NCBI GenBank assembly: GCA_038087875.1
Contig: CM075990.1
Span: 8,186,001 to 8,250,000, forward strand
Origin: Malacoraja senta
Lineage: Eukaryota
Length of the DNA stretch: 64,000 nt
Direction of reading: 5' to 3'
The notes beneath the pieces are model-generated. The model did not search any database. It was not told the origin of the DNA and worked only from the letters and a program-made list of their open reading frames with translations. Within the stretch, counting starts at the first letter, position 1. Each line of letters starts with the position of its first letter. This document shows, one piece after another, positions 63,088-64,000 of this stretch. A program made the position numbers and the translations under genes.

Positions 63088-63190
63088 GGGTACACAAAAA
63101 TGCTGGAGAAACTCAGCGGGTGCAGCAGCATCTATGGAGCGAAGGAAATAGGCAACGTTTCGGGCCGAAACCCTTCTTCAGACATGGCAA
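63088..63190 (-). mobile_element. Solo PLE terminal repeat, subfamily B
   Basis: 11-bp TSD AGTATTTGCCA (63077-63087, 63191-63201); nearly identical to 58886-58980. Confidence 0.85.
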
Positions 63191-63546
63191 AGTATTTGCC
63201 ATGTTGTGTTCAGTTTGTGTCTCTGGTCTTTTGCAGTTTGGGCAGAGTTTGGTTCTGTTAAAATACCTTTCTAGATATGTTATCTGGCGGTCGAATATTA
63301 ATGGAATAAAATATCTAATGCTGTATCAATGATTGGTGTTTTCCTAACGTTTTTTAATCCCCAACTTGCATCATGTTTAATTTCAATGAATTAAAATTAG
63401 AGAGGTTTGGCTGAGAGGTTTGTCCCGTGTTCGCCAAGTTGAGTTATTGTCATGTGCACCAGCACCAACTCTACGCCCGCGCCACTGTTCTGCCAGATTC
63501 AAGATCTAGGAAGCAAAATACTGAAAATCTCCTGCAACAGAACTGA

Positions 63547-63742
63547 GAACTGAGAACCTGCCTCAGAGGGCGGTGGAGGCAGGTTCTCTGGATGCTTTCA
63601 AGAGAGAGCTAGATAGGGCTCTTAAAGATAGCGGAATCAGGTGTACTGATTGGGGATGATCAGCCATGATCACATTGAATGGCGGTGCTGGCTCGAAGGG
63701 CCGAATGGCCTACTCCTGCACCTATTGTCTATTGTCTATTGA
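63547..63742 (+). mobile_element. CR1-like 3' tail with (CTATTGT)n end (also about 15830-16018 + and 26665-26866 -)
   Basis: GGCTCGAAGGGCCGAATGGCCTACTCCTGCACCTATTGTCTATTG. Confidence 0.85.
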
Positions 63743-64000
63743 ATGAGAACAGAGCTCCAGCTGCACGCATCCCAGGTGCCTGCGGTTCTGTTCCCTTGGT
63801 AAAGATTGGAGCCACGATATTTTAAAGGCAGACAAGTGGAGACTGAGTTTGATAAGCATGAACAAAGCCCGAAACATAATTGTAGCTGCTGAAATCTTTG
63901 AGTTGCATACAATGCCAGCTTGTCTTGGTGAGAAGGCTTTTAAGCCCGCAATTACAACACCAGTTCTTCAACATCTGCTGTGCAAGAAATTTATACAAAC

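Overview
Repeat-rich, apparently non-coding (intronic or intergenic) vertebrate DNA, most likely from a cartilaginous fish such as a skate or ray. This is inferred from dense tRNA-derived V-SINEs of the HE1 type that share their 3' tail with HER1/CR1-like LINE fragments. No host protein-coding gene can be supported: the long ORFs I could assign derive from repeats or low-complexity sequence. The window holds about 25 V-SINE copies, about 30 CR1 3' fragments, L1, Tx1 and Rex1-like remnants, several PIF/Harbinger-type MITE families, and about 30 Penelope-like (PLE) pieces including RT and GIY-YIG remnants. The best signal is RNA-structural. (1) A ~140-bp TSD-flanked retroposon with an (AAG)n tail (49158-49297; damaged second copy 58826-59063) begins at a 54-nt minimal HDV/CPEB3-like ribozyme fold. 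(2) The PLE terminal repeat carries a minimal type-I hammerhead core and appears to insert on its own as a ~100-bp unit. It also forms a perfect palindrome, tandem units, a hammerhead-inside-HDV chimera, and a ~450-bp inverted duplication whose breakpoint lies at the predicted cleavage site. All folds were read by eye and none was tested; approximate boundaries apply to degenerate repeats.
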